Source of the DNA: Trichosphaerium sp. ATCC 40318
Lineage: Eukaryota > Protista > Tubulinea
Assembly (NCBI GenBank): GCA_038496445.1
Contig: JALMLS010000531.1
Location: forward strand, 62,001-126,000
Direction of reading: 5' to 3'
Length of the DNA: 64,000 bases
Position 1 is the stretch's first letter, and each line of letters opens with the position of its first letter. The notes under the pieces were generated by a model. It searched no databases and was not told the origin of the DNA. It worked only from the letters and a program-made list of their open reading frames with translations. A program made the translations under genes and the position numbers. This document shows, piece by piece, positions 14,273-25,978 of the stretch.

Positions 14273-15751
14273 ATGGCTAAGCAATGGGTGCATTGTCCTT
14301 TTTGTAAAACAAATTTCAGCGGTACTGTTAAAAAGCACTCGTATCAAAAGAAACACCGCCAAGCGCTTGACTATAGACTCAAAAGAGAAGCCAAGCGTAT
14401 TGCATTGCTTCAAACTGCAACACCTGAAAAGTGTCATGATACATTGAACTTTTGGTGTTATTTTTGCGCTACAGAACCAGGTACGCGTATATTAAGACCG
14501 TAATAACATTATTTAACAAAAAACTATTGTACGTAAACCAATAACAATTTAGCTGGCAAAATCGACAAAGAAAATGAAACAGAGATATGGTACGCACCAT
14601 AACGGTTTAATGTTTAAAATTCTATGCGTGCAAATTACTAAAGTGGCTAAAAAGGAGCGTACTATGGCGTCACTTGGCTGGAAAGAAGCATCGTAAGTCT
14701 CTTAATAAATTATGGGATGATTGGCAATTACCACAAGCGAGCAAAAGGACGTACCTCATGACAGCTGGAAAACTTAAATACGTGCGTGGTGGGAAACATA
14801 AAGGCGAATTCAGCCGCTTTAAAACCGTTCAAACGATTTTGTAAAGAGCTTACGGCTTGTGCCTTTAAATCGCCTTTCTGACTATTGTAGTGCCTTGAAT
14901 CGATTGATGAGAATGCTGATAGTGATGACGATGATACAGGTGTATCCTATAAAGACAAGGAAAATGACATCCTGTCGAATATTCCTTCTCCTAGTTACAA
15001 TTTGTTACCTCCTTCATCAACTAAAGCTGCTAACAAAAGAACATCCTCTGGACTTTTATATAATCCAAGTCCCAATCCAGATGGTATATAGTAAACGTAG
15101 CATCCATGTACTAACAGTCTTTAAGGGGAAAGTGCATTAGTACAAGAATCTTATGGCGAAAGTAAGTTTGGTTGACACATTGTGACATTCTATTTTTGGA
15201 CCAAAAATACTAAATACTACTGTAGGTATACTTCGTGTAAATAGGCGTAAGAGCATGAATAGACGTAATATGAATACAGGAGCAAAACCTCCATGGTTAG
15301 AAGACGATGAATATGAGCTTGATAAGGCAATAAAACTAAATGACACAGAGTATTTAGAAAAGGTACTGTTCGAAAATTCTTTGTTTTTTCTTACTGTTGA
15401 CTAACTTCTAAGATTTTTTTTTACCTCTTCATACACTTAATACTATCCTAGGAGCTTGTAAAAGCTAGAAAAATGAGTGCTTATAAAAAATTAAATGATA
15501 AGAATCCTAATAGAGTTGGTGCTCATTTTTCAAGAATGATGCAGTTAAAGCTTGTACGAAGTTTTGTGTTTGGTTCTGCTTGTTCTCTTTTTTTTTATGT
15601 GGAAAACTTATATTTCATTTAGGCGACTGCTGACGCATCAAAAAATTGGTTGCCAAGTTTTGGACGTGTTTGGCAATCAGGGCCACGAAGTATGTCAAAA
15701 ACAGAGTTCAAGAATGAGAGACCAACCAAACGGAGACGTACAAAAATGTAA
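14273..15751 (+). CDS. CCDC84: CCDC84/CENATAC (TITAN-like) homologue, minor-spliceosome-associated factor
   Basis: N-terminal zinc-finger motifs (CPFC..H..H; FWCYFC), AKPPWL, NPNRVGAHF and NWLPSFGRVWQSGPR. Confidence 0.85.
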
Positions 15752-15817
15752 ATAAACTTGTTTTCTTTATACTATTCTGTTGAGTAGCTTGCTGTTGGAC
15801 GAGCGTTGGGTGCTTGC

Positions 15818-17068
15818 TTAGAAACAGTATTGTGCTGCATGAGAGTCCTCTGATGTATGAGCCTTATCAGCTGCCTTGCGTGAAGCAACAACCTTTGAAC
15901 ATAATTAGGCATGACAAAGTTAGTACAACAAACCTGGGCCTGTGCTCGCTCTGCTTCGGTGTTGTCTGCCGTATTATATGATTCAACTGCTTGTGTTGCA
16001 TGTTTATCTGCTTCTTTTGTAATGTATCGCGGTAAAACAAGCCGTGTAGCAGATCTTATATGTCGTTCTGTCAGTGTACTATCTCCAACCCTATTAACTT
16101 GTAACTGTACTTGCAACTACGTTTAACATACTGCTGTGCTAATAGGTTTGCTTCGTTAATAATAGTTGACTTCCAATCCATTACCATGGATACCATAACT
16201 GCCATTGCACTCTCGGATATATCTAGAACCTTGTTAAATAACCACATAGTCACGTCTTTTAGAAGAATATCTTACCCATTTGCGGATGTACGTTTTTCAA
16301 AGTTGCATATATTGAGTTTATAGTCTCGTTCCCAGGTGGCGGTACGTATGACGATTCAGTGTCCGGACACATCCAAGCGTCCTTTGATAGTTCTGTTAGA
16401 ATCAATGTCAATCTTATTCACTGTACTTCTTCATTATTAGGGTCTAGAAATGACCAACCGTCTATTAGCTCAGGATCTTCTTTAATGAGTTCGATTATTC
16501 TATCCCACAGCAGAGTTTCTGTCCCTTCAAAACAAGGAACTTTATTTCGCCTATGTGGATTTTTTAGAAAAATCACCACGTGCTGTTAAAGCCATCAAAG
16601 ACATTCACCGCACTTGAAAAAACTTGAAATTTCTGGCAGTGATGTAAGAGATATACTGTCCAGACGAATATACGGTTGATTAAGGTCTACAGGGACCAAC
16701 ACTAGATCAAAGAACTTTACTGACAACTTCAACCAAGAGAATTAAGTTAACGGGTTTGTCTAGTGTTGTAGTGATGCATACGTTGCTAAGAGCTCTCTCA
16801 CAGTACGCTACTTGGTATTCTGAAGCCTTCAGTTCTAAATTCTTGCTTGTAGTAGTGGCTGCAACAAGCCGATCTTCGTTTATTTTAATCTCGAGCATCC
16901 TTTCCCAAAATTGCACGTGAGCTTGTTTATAAACCTTAAATTCGCGTACACGTTTTTGTATGCGCCTGAGAATGTTGTAATATCGCTATTTGCCGACGAA
17001 ACGCAAGGCGATGTTGTTTGAGGTTCCATTATACTGTCTCTACGCCAAAGCGCATAGTTAGACGCCAT
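15818..17068 (-). CDS. Divergent histone H2B-fold protein with long N-terminal extension containing a SAP-like motif (5' end uncertain)
   Basis: Spliced IYATLKNVHPQMDISESAMAVMVSMVMD...LTERHIRSATRLVLPRYITKEADKHATQAVESY matches H2B (VYKVLKQVHPDTGISSKAM...[22 protein letters not shown]). Confidence 0.7.
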
Positions 17069-17216
17069 GTTAAGATTCAGAGCAAGTGTTCGGTTCCACG
17101 AAAAGCTTACTTGCCTCGGACGATATTTGTGCAATAGGGTACCTATCTAGTTAATTTGTCTCAGCTCTTTTTGTAAGACTTGTGACAAACGAAAGTGCAC
17201 TTAACAGCCTTTAAGT

Positions 17217-17968
17217 TAGAGATGGCAGAAATACCGGTCCGAACCGGTTCCGGACCGAAACGCAAAGACCAGTCCGTAAACGGTCCAAACGGTCCGCTGT
17301 CAAAGGGAGTACCCTTGGAAAATCGGAAAAATAGCCGAAAAAGGAATTTTTGTCAAAGGGTACTCCCTTGGATTTTTATCGGTCCAAACGGTCCCTGTCA
17401 CAAAATCTCAGAACCCTCCATCTATTGACCTACTCACTGTGTGCATGCACGTAAGGTGGCTGTACACTTTTTGTGGCAGGTTTGAATATCACCACTTTTT
17501 TTTTTTCATACCTAAAATAGTTTAGATACTATTATTTCGCGTAAGCAATGCACTTGATATGTTGCTCTACACACAAAGTGATAAAAAGATGTTTGGGTGA
17601 AAGTGTATGAAAGTATGTAACATCACGTGATTTTGTCCAAATGTCAAAATAACGTCACCACAGGCACATTTTGACTCAAAAAAAGTAGCGGCCAGGCCAG
17701 CGTGACCTTGTTTTACCCGCGCTAAACTTAATTTTGTTAAAACGGGCTGATTGAGGGCTTTCAACCACTCTATGTGTAGAAATCTCAATTTTAAGGCGTT
17801 TCAGGCTACTTTTAATCAAAATAAAGTGAGTGGTGGTTCAAAAAGAAGCCACTTACATTGTTATTCACTGAATGAATACTGCTCTTGTTCTAAATCACGG
17901 ACCGGTTACGGACCGAAAACCGATATATTGAAACCGGACCGGTATCGGACCGGTATTTGCCACCTCTA
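17217..17968. mobile_element. Non-autonomous hAT-superfamily DNA transposon (MITE), 752 bp
   Basis: Imperfect TIRs: left TAGAGATGGCAGAAATACCGGTCCGA, right reverse complement TAGAGGTGGCAAATACCGGTCCGA. Perfect 8-bp TSD CTTTAAGT at 17209-17216 and 17969-17976. Subterminal (A)CGGTCC/AAACGG repeats; no transposase. Confidence 0.93.
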
Positions 17969-18452
17969 CTTTAAGTTGACAATAATTTTTGCCGCTCAGA
18001 CTTTTTCTCAGCCGCTACAGACTCAATGTGTGGTAATGGTTAGTGACAGAACCTTTTTAAGGAGTATCTTATTAGTACAATATAAAAGAGCGAAAGAAAT
18101 GCTTAGACAAATGTTCAAAAAAAGTAAAATAAAGTTTATTATTTTGTAGGGTCGTATTACAGTACATCACCTTGAAGCGCTTGTGCCATAAGCATTTGAA
18201 CCAATCTTGCCATTGTAGCTCTTGAACATTGCAAGCGGCATCACAGTTTGTGACATCCTAAACTATTATGGCAACAATCAATCTTCACACCTTCTACAAC
18301 ATTCCGCACAGTGTGCTTACAACAACAGATAAAAACGAATTATGACAACTGTTTGTTCAATGTTCCAGAAAACAATCATGACATTACATTTTAGGGATAC
18401 GTCACGTATCACTAACAGTCTATACTTTATTATTTAAGAGCAAAGTATCAGC

Positions 18453-18854
18453 ATGCACCTCTTAACTGTATTGCTAGTCTCTGTATTCATTACAAATAAA
18501 GCAGCAGCATTTGTTAGTACGTTTGAACATACTCTAGGTGTTGTGACAGAGTTTGTTTCTATCGTTGTTATAGGCATTGGTGACACCGGTAATTGTCAAT
18601 TGATGCTCATGAGAAGGGATGGTGACTTGTTTGCTGATTCTACAACAACCTCTGGTCCACACTATCCAAACTTTGTGGTAGCTGAAGAAGATATGGAAAA
18701 TGTTGAGTATAAACGTGTTACTGGTTTGAATACTGTATACTATGACATTGACCCATCAGGTGTTACTATTAGCTTTGATATTCAACCCGGTCACATACTG
18801 GTTCCTACCGAGTTAGTGTGCAGCTTTAATAATGGGGTAATCGTAGAAGGTTAG
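18453..18854 (+). CDS. Hypothetical secreted protein
   Basis: Signal peptide MHLLTVLLVSVFITNKAAA; 133-aa ORF that may contain an in-frame intron. Confidence 0.55.
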   Translation: MHLLTVLLVSVFITNKAAAFVSTFEHTLGVVTEFVSIVVIGIGDTGNCQLMLMRRDGDLFADSTTTSGPHYPNFVVAEEDMENVEYKRVTGLNTVYYDIDPSGVTISFDIQPGHILVPTELVCSFNNGVIVEG

Positions 18855-18994
18855 TTTATTTGAACAATAACAGAGTTGCCTAAGTAACAGTACTATAGGT
18901 TCTACTACTGAAACACCAGTATCAGGGTTTTCTATAACAACGCCAACAAGAAATTCGTTTAAGTGCGTTCTTTGTTCATGTCCACGCGCAATTT

Positions 18995-19123
18995 TGTTTA
19001 ACGTCATGTTAGGGCTTTGATTCCTCGCTTGAGATCATTTGTTCCTACTTTGAGGATTCAATTTCCAGTATGTATACCTATTAGTAAAAGCGCATCAGCT
19101 CTAAGAGTACGCCTTCTTCAACA
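18995..19123 (+). repeat. 129-bp direct repeat, copy 1 (copy 2 at 23487-23615)
   Basis: 126 of 129 positions identical by manual comparison; weaker similarity continues in the flanks. Confidence 0.9.
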
Positions 19124-19270
19124 ATAAAGTTGATCAATAAAGACTGCAGAAGGATAAATAAACAATGTGTTGTTATTGTAAGCTCATAAACTTGATTAAA
19201 TAATTGAGCATAGTCTGTAGTACGACTTAAGTGACAGCAACGTTGATCATACTTCTATTTCGGGCATTCC

Positions 19271-22200
19271 TCACATAGCGCTGTTTCAATTTAACGTTAA
19301 TTTACTTTTCAAATCAGTAAGCACGTGATTTTCTGCTCCTACCCATCACAAAAGTATTTCATGTCAAACGCTTGGTCTTTATTATTGTTATTACAAGGTA
19401 TTGGAGGCGGAGGCATCTGTGAAGCTTGTACTAATACCTGTATTCTTAGAAAAGAATGATTTAGCATTAAGAATTGCTCCAAATGTTGTTTTATGTAAGA
19501 ATAGAACATTTATTGTGATAACTAGTGAAGTATTAGCGTAATTCACGAACGCACAAATGACGTACATGCACCAAGGTTAATGAGTGAAGCTATGATTGCA
19601 AACATTGCAAATCTTTCTATATTTGCAACAGCAATAGCGAAGCATAGCAAAGCAAAGAAAGTGACGTTGTATACAACAAAGAAAATAACACGTGATTCGT
19701 TAAACACCTTAATTGGTATCTTTCTTATTCTAAAACCCAAAACACTGCAAGTTAAAAGCAACAGCCCCTTTTGTCCACGTGTTAAGATTTAATAGCTATT
19801 AACGTTTGTTACAGAACGTACGTTTGCACCAGCAATGATATTTCTGATAACCAAGAATCCTGTAGTTGTAGAGCACTTGTGGTAGTTGTTGCTAATTCTT
19901 ATTGAGTCAACCACAACAATTGTCTGGCTTGATTGATGAACAATTGTCTATGAACGAACATCAGAAACTGTATTTTTTGAGAATATATACGCACCAGCAC
20001 AGAAAGACATATAATATGACAACCAACAATGATGGCGACCCACATGAAAACAACGCTACCAGATATTTTATAGACAGCAGTTGACTTGTTCGAAAACAAT
20101 CTTTCCAACCGAAGTGTCTTTGCAAAAATAGGTCTTTAGAGAACAAGTAAGTACACTATAATAAAGTACTTTCAAAGTCCAAGGCGTACGCAAACAGAAG
20201 TAGAAAGCCAATATCAAGAATCCAAGGTTGAATGACACAAGAGGCGTCTGTAACAACGTTTGGCATTAACGTGAATACACTTCCAGCAAGAATACAAGCG
20301 CCCAACAGACTTATTCCCATGAATACAGGAGAAGATGCCTATTCAGAAGTTATGTATGTGTACTAGGTATGTTATTCTAGTACCTTAACAGCCCGTTGTT
20401 TGATGTTGAGAACCAAGAATATAGCCCAACCAATGTACACAGCAATAAAGAGACATGACATTGCAGTAATTGCAATTTCCGTCCAGTGACCTTCAAGTAC
20501 CAGTCAAACATTAAGTTCATTCCGTCTCAATTGCGTACCATACTGAGGATCAAAGATTCGTTCTTTCCATGTTGGCATTGGATAGATTAGGTCCTTGTTC
20601 TGAGTGTCGCTTGGGCCTAATCCACAGTCAACAAGTTGCTATTAAAAGTGCTATTAAGTCTTACCAACAATTTCGAGATCACCACGTGTTTGAATTTGTA
20701 CATGCAACCAATCTTTTTGTTGTTCTCTAGTAGAACTCCAAGAGTACAAGCCAGCAAGAGTATCCAGCTTTGTTCTTAGTATGATATCATAGAGAATGTC
20801 ATCAACCTTTAGAAAAAAACAATTTAATAACAGGACGACATTATGCACCACTTACACTTTGGACGTCACATCCAGTATTATTAGAAACTGTAACCAGTTT
20901 ATCATCAGCGTTCATCTATAGCAAGGTGTTTGTTAGTGAAAAAAAGAAGGAATGTTCAGTGTACCATTAGGTTGGTTGGATTGTTGGCAATAGCGATTTT
21001 CACAGCATTGTAGATAACAGAGTATAAACCAGCTAAATTTGCTGTGAAAATTGACGACTCCTCTTCACCTGCGTCTCTAAGGCGATTTCTGAAGTTAGTC
21101 CAGTTACCAAAAGTACCGGGAGGGTAGGTAATTTCATCATCGTGCTGTAAAAAAGGTTAACAAACTATAAGAATAAAGAATAAAATGTACTTGTGCAACA
21201 GAGCTAGTGTAATGGTACAAACTTTGATCAAAGACATCTGTAAATATTGATATTGCTTCACCAATAGCAAGATATCTGGGGGTATAATCGTCTTCCCTGA
21301 GAGTCTCGAGAACTTGACCAGCACTGTCAAGCAACAAATGACAAAAGAACCTAACAAATAATGTAAGAAAAAGCCGTATGTTTAAACTCACCATGCATCA
21401 GGATCTAAAGCAGCTGCCGCACGCGCATTAGCTGAATGATTTCGTTTCACATCATCCGGAAAATCACGGTGATCTTGAGCAGCACCGCTAGGTGTAGCCT
21501 GAGCGGGACCTGGATTAGAAACGTTAAGCACAATAATTTTAGAACAAAAGCAATAAAGTTTGGTGTAACGTACTGTCCATCATAATATATTCTCCTACCA
21601 CTTCCATACCAGCTAAACGCAAAGCTAATCTAAACTCGGCATTGAGGCATCTACAAAAGGATTGTCATTAAGTTCAGAAAATACTGTCCAAAGTCATACC
21701 GTGGACTAAGAAAATCACGCGGACTTCCGCTATAAAATAAAGCAACGGTTTTCGCTCCAGCAATACGTAAACTTTGGATAGCCGTTTTATGAGAGTTATC
21801 AGTACTAGGCCCCGCGCTTAGTGCGTAACTAGAGCTCCGTGCAAATACGTTGAAAAGGTTGCCAATCGACACTATAAAAAGTGGTTAAACTAAAGCACAA
21901 ACATTGTGAACCAACTTTCAATGGCAACATCCACCTCAACGTTTCCACTACGCAGTAAAAAAAATCATTTTGAAGTGATCTCTTTGGAGAATTTTATGTA
22001 AGTTTCTCCGTCATTTTTTGAGAAAAACACGGGGTTTTCGGCTTTTCGCCTCTCGCTCACAACGCCCTTGAAAACACATAAAATAGTTGCAATTTGCTCT
22101 ACTACGCTAGTAAACGCCTTACAGAGGTGGGAACATTTAAGTGGATGAGGACACATTGCAAGAGATAAAAATAGTAGATATTTTCCGAACGTACGCAATA

Positions 22201-22684
22201 GCCTCTTGCGATTATCAGCAGAAGCAATAGTTTCCAAGGTAGCTCTAAAGCTGCTTGGGTTGACCACAATTGTCGTTTTTGGGTCATCAAATAGTTCTTC
22301 GTAAATACCTGCAATAATTGTGGTGTTTTCTGTTGTATCTTGCCTTGCTTCAAAGTGAAATCCTATTTTTTCTCCGTTGAGTTCGAGATACAAGTCTTGC
22401 TCTTTAATAATCTGTTCTACTATGTCTATAGTACGCCTATATAGGTTTAGAATATGAAAAAAGGCGTCAGTCTTTGCTGTAAGTTCCAAAGTCGGTACAA
22501 TAATGGTAGTGTGTTTACTTCAAACTGAGTAGCACTTAGCACAGTAGCTATAAACATTTACGTTAGATAAAAGCCGTATTTATGGTTAGTTTGTCTGCAT
22601 ACCTATTGTTATATTACGCTGTGCATTAATAGATACCAAAGAAGCAGTAACAAAAAGCAACAACACGACGTGATGTGCAGACAT
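19271..22684 (-). CDS. Class C (family 3, GABA-B-like) GPCR with periplasmic-binding-protein-like ectodomain, many exons (3' end approximate)
   Basis: Signal peptide MSAHHVVLLLFVTASLVSINA; long ectodomain; ASSPVFM after TM1; RKIPIKVFNESRVIFFVVYN before TM6. Confidence 0.85.
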
Positions 22685-23486
22685 TGTTTTTTGTTTAAAA
22701 GTGGATCCAAATTAAGAGGTATAGCCCCGTTTTGGTTTTAAGCTATCCGTAGCGTTGGTATCAAATTGAATAGCTTGTGAACTGTAAACATAACAATTGT
22801 TTGTAGACCCGAAAAATATAGTACTGCAAAACTTCTTTTTAAGAATGGTATGCGAGTGTGGTTAACTATTGACGTACCAATAGATTGTTTGTGAGAAATA
22901 TTAGTTAATAAGCTGGAAACGCGTGAATACGCGTTCAATAGGTCATACGGACGGCAATATACCAAGGGAAGGGTGCTAAGCGTAGTTTTGTATGATTTCA
23001 GTCAAAGATTGTTTAGAAACTGTCTAGGTATGACCAACGAGTTAATCTGCTTCATAGTTTCTATTTTTGAACTACCACAGAGCTCATTTTAGCAGTTTTT
23101 ACAATTTTCCTGAAGAGGAAGGAAAAAATGCTTATTTTGAAAGAGTAGACTCTCGCTGTCGGAGTGAGGTGGAACCTTAAACGACTATTGCACAACAACG
23201 CGAAAGCATATCTCGCCTTTCTCTTTAATTAGTTACTTTGGAGGTGACCCCGATTTTTGATTAGGTCAATACTCATAATCTAAACCAATTCCATGCCTCA
23301 TCATATCGTTTTAAAATTGTAGCATGGTACACAAACGTATTACCTTACGTCTTAAAGATCACGTGGTTTTTTTGCAAGTAGCATCAATGCAGTTGTGATA
23401 TCCTATCTCGTACATTCTCCCACATCCCACGCACGTGTGCTTTCCACATTTTAGTGTGTTCTTTGTTTCCATCCGCGAGTAATTTT

Positions 23487-23615
23487 TGTTTAACGTCATG
23501 TTAGGGCTTTGGTTCCTCGCTTAAGATCATTTGTTCCTACTTTGAGGATTCAATTTCCAGTATGTATACCTATTAGTAGAAGCGCATCAGCTCTAAGAGT
23601 ACGCCTTCTTCAACA
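23487..23615 (+). repeat. 129-bp direct repeat, copy 2
   Basis: See copy 1. Confidence 0.9.
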
Positions 23616-23761
23616 GTAGAGAAAGACTATTCACGTGAAACCGTCATCAGACAATGATAATTGTTCTGTTGTGCCAGCTTGGTAGCTCGTAAACTTGATT
23701 AAAGAAAATTGAATTTATTCATAGTACTTAATTTCATGTAAGATGAGTTAAGTCAGCTCTA

Positions 23762-25456
23762 CTAGTAGGACATTTCTTCTTCATCAAAATTGTCATTAGT
23801 ATTCAAGATTTTCCAGTTAACCTCTTTGAGATTTGGATGAGCCATAGAGATCGTATCAACCCACTTTCCATCAATAACTTGCATCCAATTTCTCACTACT
23901 TCAATAGTATTCACATAAGCTCCATTAAGACATAGCAAGAAATCCTCATTGTCTCCCTGACCGTATCCTGGTGTCCCGTGACTCAAAACCTTTACGGTTT
24001 TCAAAGCGTTCTTACTAATAGACATAGTTGGCATGTAAAGATTACCTTCTAAATTGAGTGCGTAGACTCCTGTAAGATCGTCCAAGTCCGTTGGCAACAA
24101 GCCCTCATTTCCACCTATGTTGAGTGTATGAACACCTTGTAGTGCCTTGAGACCTTCTCCAGATATTCTTCTCGATCCACAATGACTTGAGGCTCCCATA
24201 CAGCTTATATCAATAGAGTGAACACCCGCCAAATGTTTTAATCCATCATTGGTAATCTCCATTTGACTATAGCGCAGTGAGATGGTGTGTACACCTGCTA
24301 GTGATTTTAATCCGTCATTAGTGATATTTTGGCAGTTTGGTAGGTATATTGTATGAACGCCAGATAGATATTCGAGACCTTCGTCTGTGATGAACTCATT
24401 ATTGTCAAGGTGTATTTCATGTACACCTTTAAGTGCTCTCAAACTTGCATCGGTAACATGATAGCAATCTGACAAGTCAATGGTATGAACTCCAGCAAGA
24501 GCCTTCACACCGTCATCTGTGATGTCCACATTTTCTTTGAGATATATTGTGTGGACTCCTTTGAGTGCTTTTAAACTGTCATTAGTAATACCATAGCAAT
24601 CTGACAAATCAATAGTATGAACGCCAGCAAGTACTTTCACACCATCATCTGTGATAGAGTCATTTCCTTTGAGGTGTATTTCATGGACACCTTTAAGTGC
24701 TTTCAAGCTCGCATCAGTAATACCATAGCAATTTGATAAATCAATAGTATGAACTCCAGCAAGAGCTTTCACACCATCATCTGTGATACAATCATTTCCT
24801 TCAAGGTGTATTTCATGGACACCTTTAAGTGCTTTCAGGCTTGCATCCGTAACACGCTCACAATGTGATAAATCGATTGTATGAACTCCTGCAAGGGCAC
24901 TAACAGCTTCATCTGAGATAAAGCTTACATATCTTAACTTTATAGAATGAATACCAGCAAGGTGCAAAGCGAGTTCTGTAGTACATATGGCAAGATCTGA
25001 AACATTTAACGAATGCAAATTCTTCAGTGCCAATATCTCGTATTCTTCAATCCAATCAATACCAGGTGAAAGATCAATATGTCTTACATTAGAAAGGCCC
25101 TCTAAAATAGAAGAATATTGAAGTAAAAAGTACTTGTTACCTACACGTATACAAGGGCTGTCAGGCTTTTTTTTACAATATGGTCGATCAACAACTACGA
25201 GGGTATTGCGTTGTATACCCTTGCTTTCTGAGATCATCTTTATGTTATCAGTGTTGGCATAGATTTTGTTGTAGCCAATGTTGTCATGTAGCAGGTGAAA
25301 GAACTTAACGCAAGTTGCTGAGATGGCACATCTATCTTTGTCTTCACTCAAGAGTGATAATGAGAGATTCCATATTTCAGGAGGAATATCGCCATGAGAT
25401 GGTTTGCAATATGGTATATTAGATAAACGGCGTTTGTTGGAAGTGTTGAGTTTCAT
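23762..25456 (-). CDS. Intronless F-box/LRR protein with alternating 22-aa repeats
   Basis: F-box-like DIPPEIWNLSLSLL...ISATC; repeats GVHTIDLSxCxxxTDxSLKALK and GVHEIHLxxNxxITDDGVKALA give a 132-nt DNA periodicity. Confidence 0.85.
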   Translation of the reverse strand: MKLNTSNKRRLSNIPYCKPSHGDIPPEIWNLSLSLLSEDKDRCAISATCVKFFHLLHDNIGYNKIYANTDNIKMISESKGIQRNTLVVVDRPYCKKKPDSPCIRVGNKYFLLQYSSILEGLSNVRHIDLSPGIDWIEEYEILALKNLHSLNVSDLAICTTELALHLAGIHSIKLRYVSFISDEAVSALAGVHTIDLSHCERVTDASLKALKGVHEIHLEGNDCITDDGVKALAGVHTIDLSNCYGITDASLKALKGVHEIHLKGNDSITDDGVKVLAGVHTIDLSDCYGITNDSLKALKGVHTIYLKENVDITDDGVKALAGVHTIDLSDCYHVTDASLRALKGVHEIHLDNNEFITDEGLEYLSGVHTIYLPNCQNITNDGLKSLAGVHTISLRYSQMEITNDGLKHLAGVHSIDISCMGASSHCGSRRISGEGLKALQGVHTLNIGGNEGLLPTDLDDLTGVYALNLEGNLYMPTMSISKNALKTVKVLSHGTPGYGQGDNEDFLLCLNGAYVNTIEVVRNWMQVIDGKWVDTISMAHPNLKEVNWKILNTNDNFDEEEMSY

Positions 25457-25978
25457 GTCGAGGTGTTGATGGTTGAGGGGTGGTAAAATAATGATAAATT
25501 TGATTGACACAGATTGAAATTTAACAGCAATAAATCAATCAAGATGGTTTGAACACTCAGAAATCTGTCAAAAAGGTACTCAATCAGCCCTCATGTTATG
25601 TTAATATGGAATTTGCTACCTCAACATAGGTTTGTACTTTATTACAATATCAATCAAACAAAGTGATAACTATATTTATAACTATCGATGTGTCTCAAAA
25701 TCAGGTCACTTCTTCAGTTTTTCTGCCGACCAAAAAGTTGACGCTGAGAGTTCGGTAGCAATGCTTGAAGCACTGCAAGGTTTCAAGAATTAGCTTAGCA
25801 ATCACATTTTATGTATTTTGGAGCGATTTGAAGAAGCTGATTAATAGAAGTTCTTTTTTTTCTTGACAATTCACAGCCACCACAAGCGCGTTTAAGTTCA
25901 ATATTTCTACGCCTTCAAGAAGATTTACAGCTATTGGATACAATTCACCAGTCTTTATCGAATATTTATTTAAGTCTT

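Noticed and set aside
17195-18149. ORFs overlapping the MITE
   Set aside because: No transposase motifs; they cross element boundaries and are probably chance ORFs.
18995-23615. LTR retrotransposon interpretation of the paired repeats
   Set aside because: No TSD, PBS/PPT or gag-pol; the interior is an intron-rich GPCR gene.
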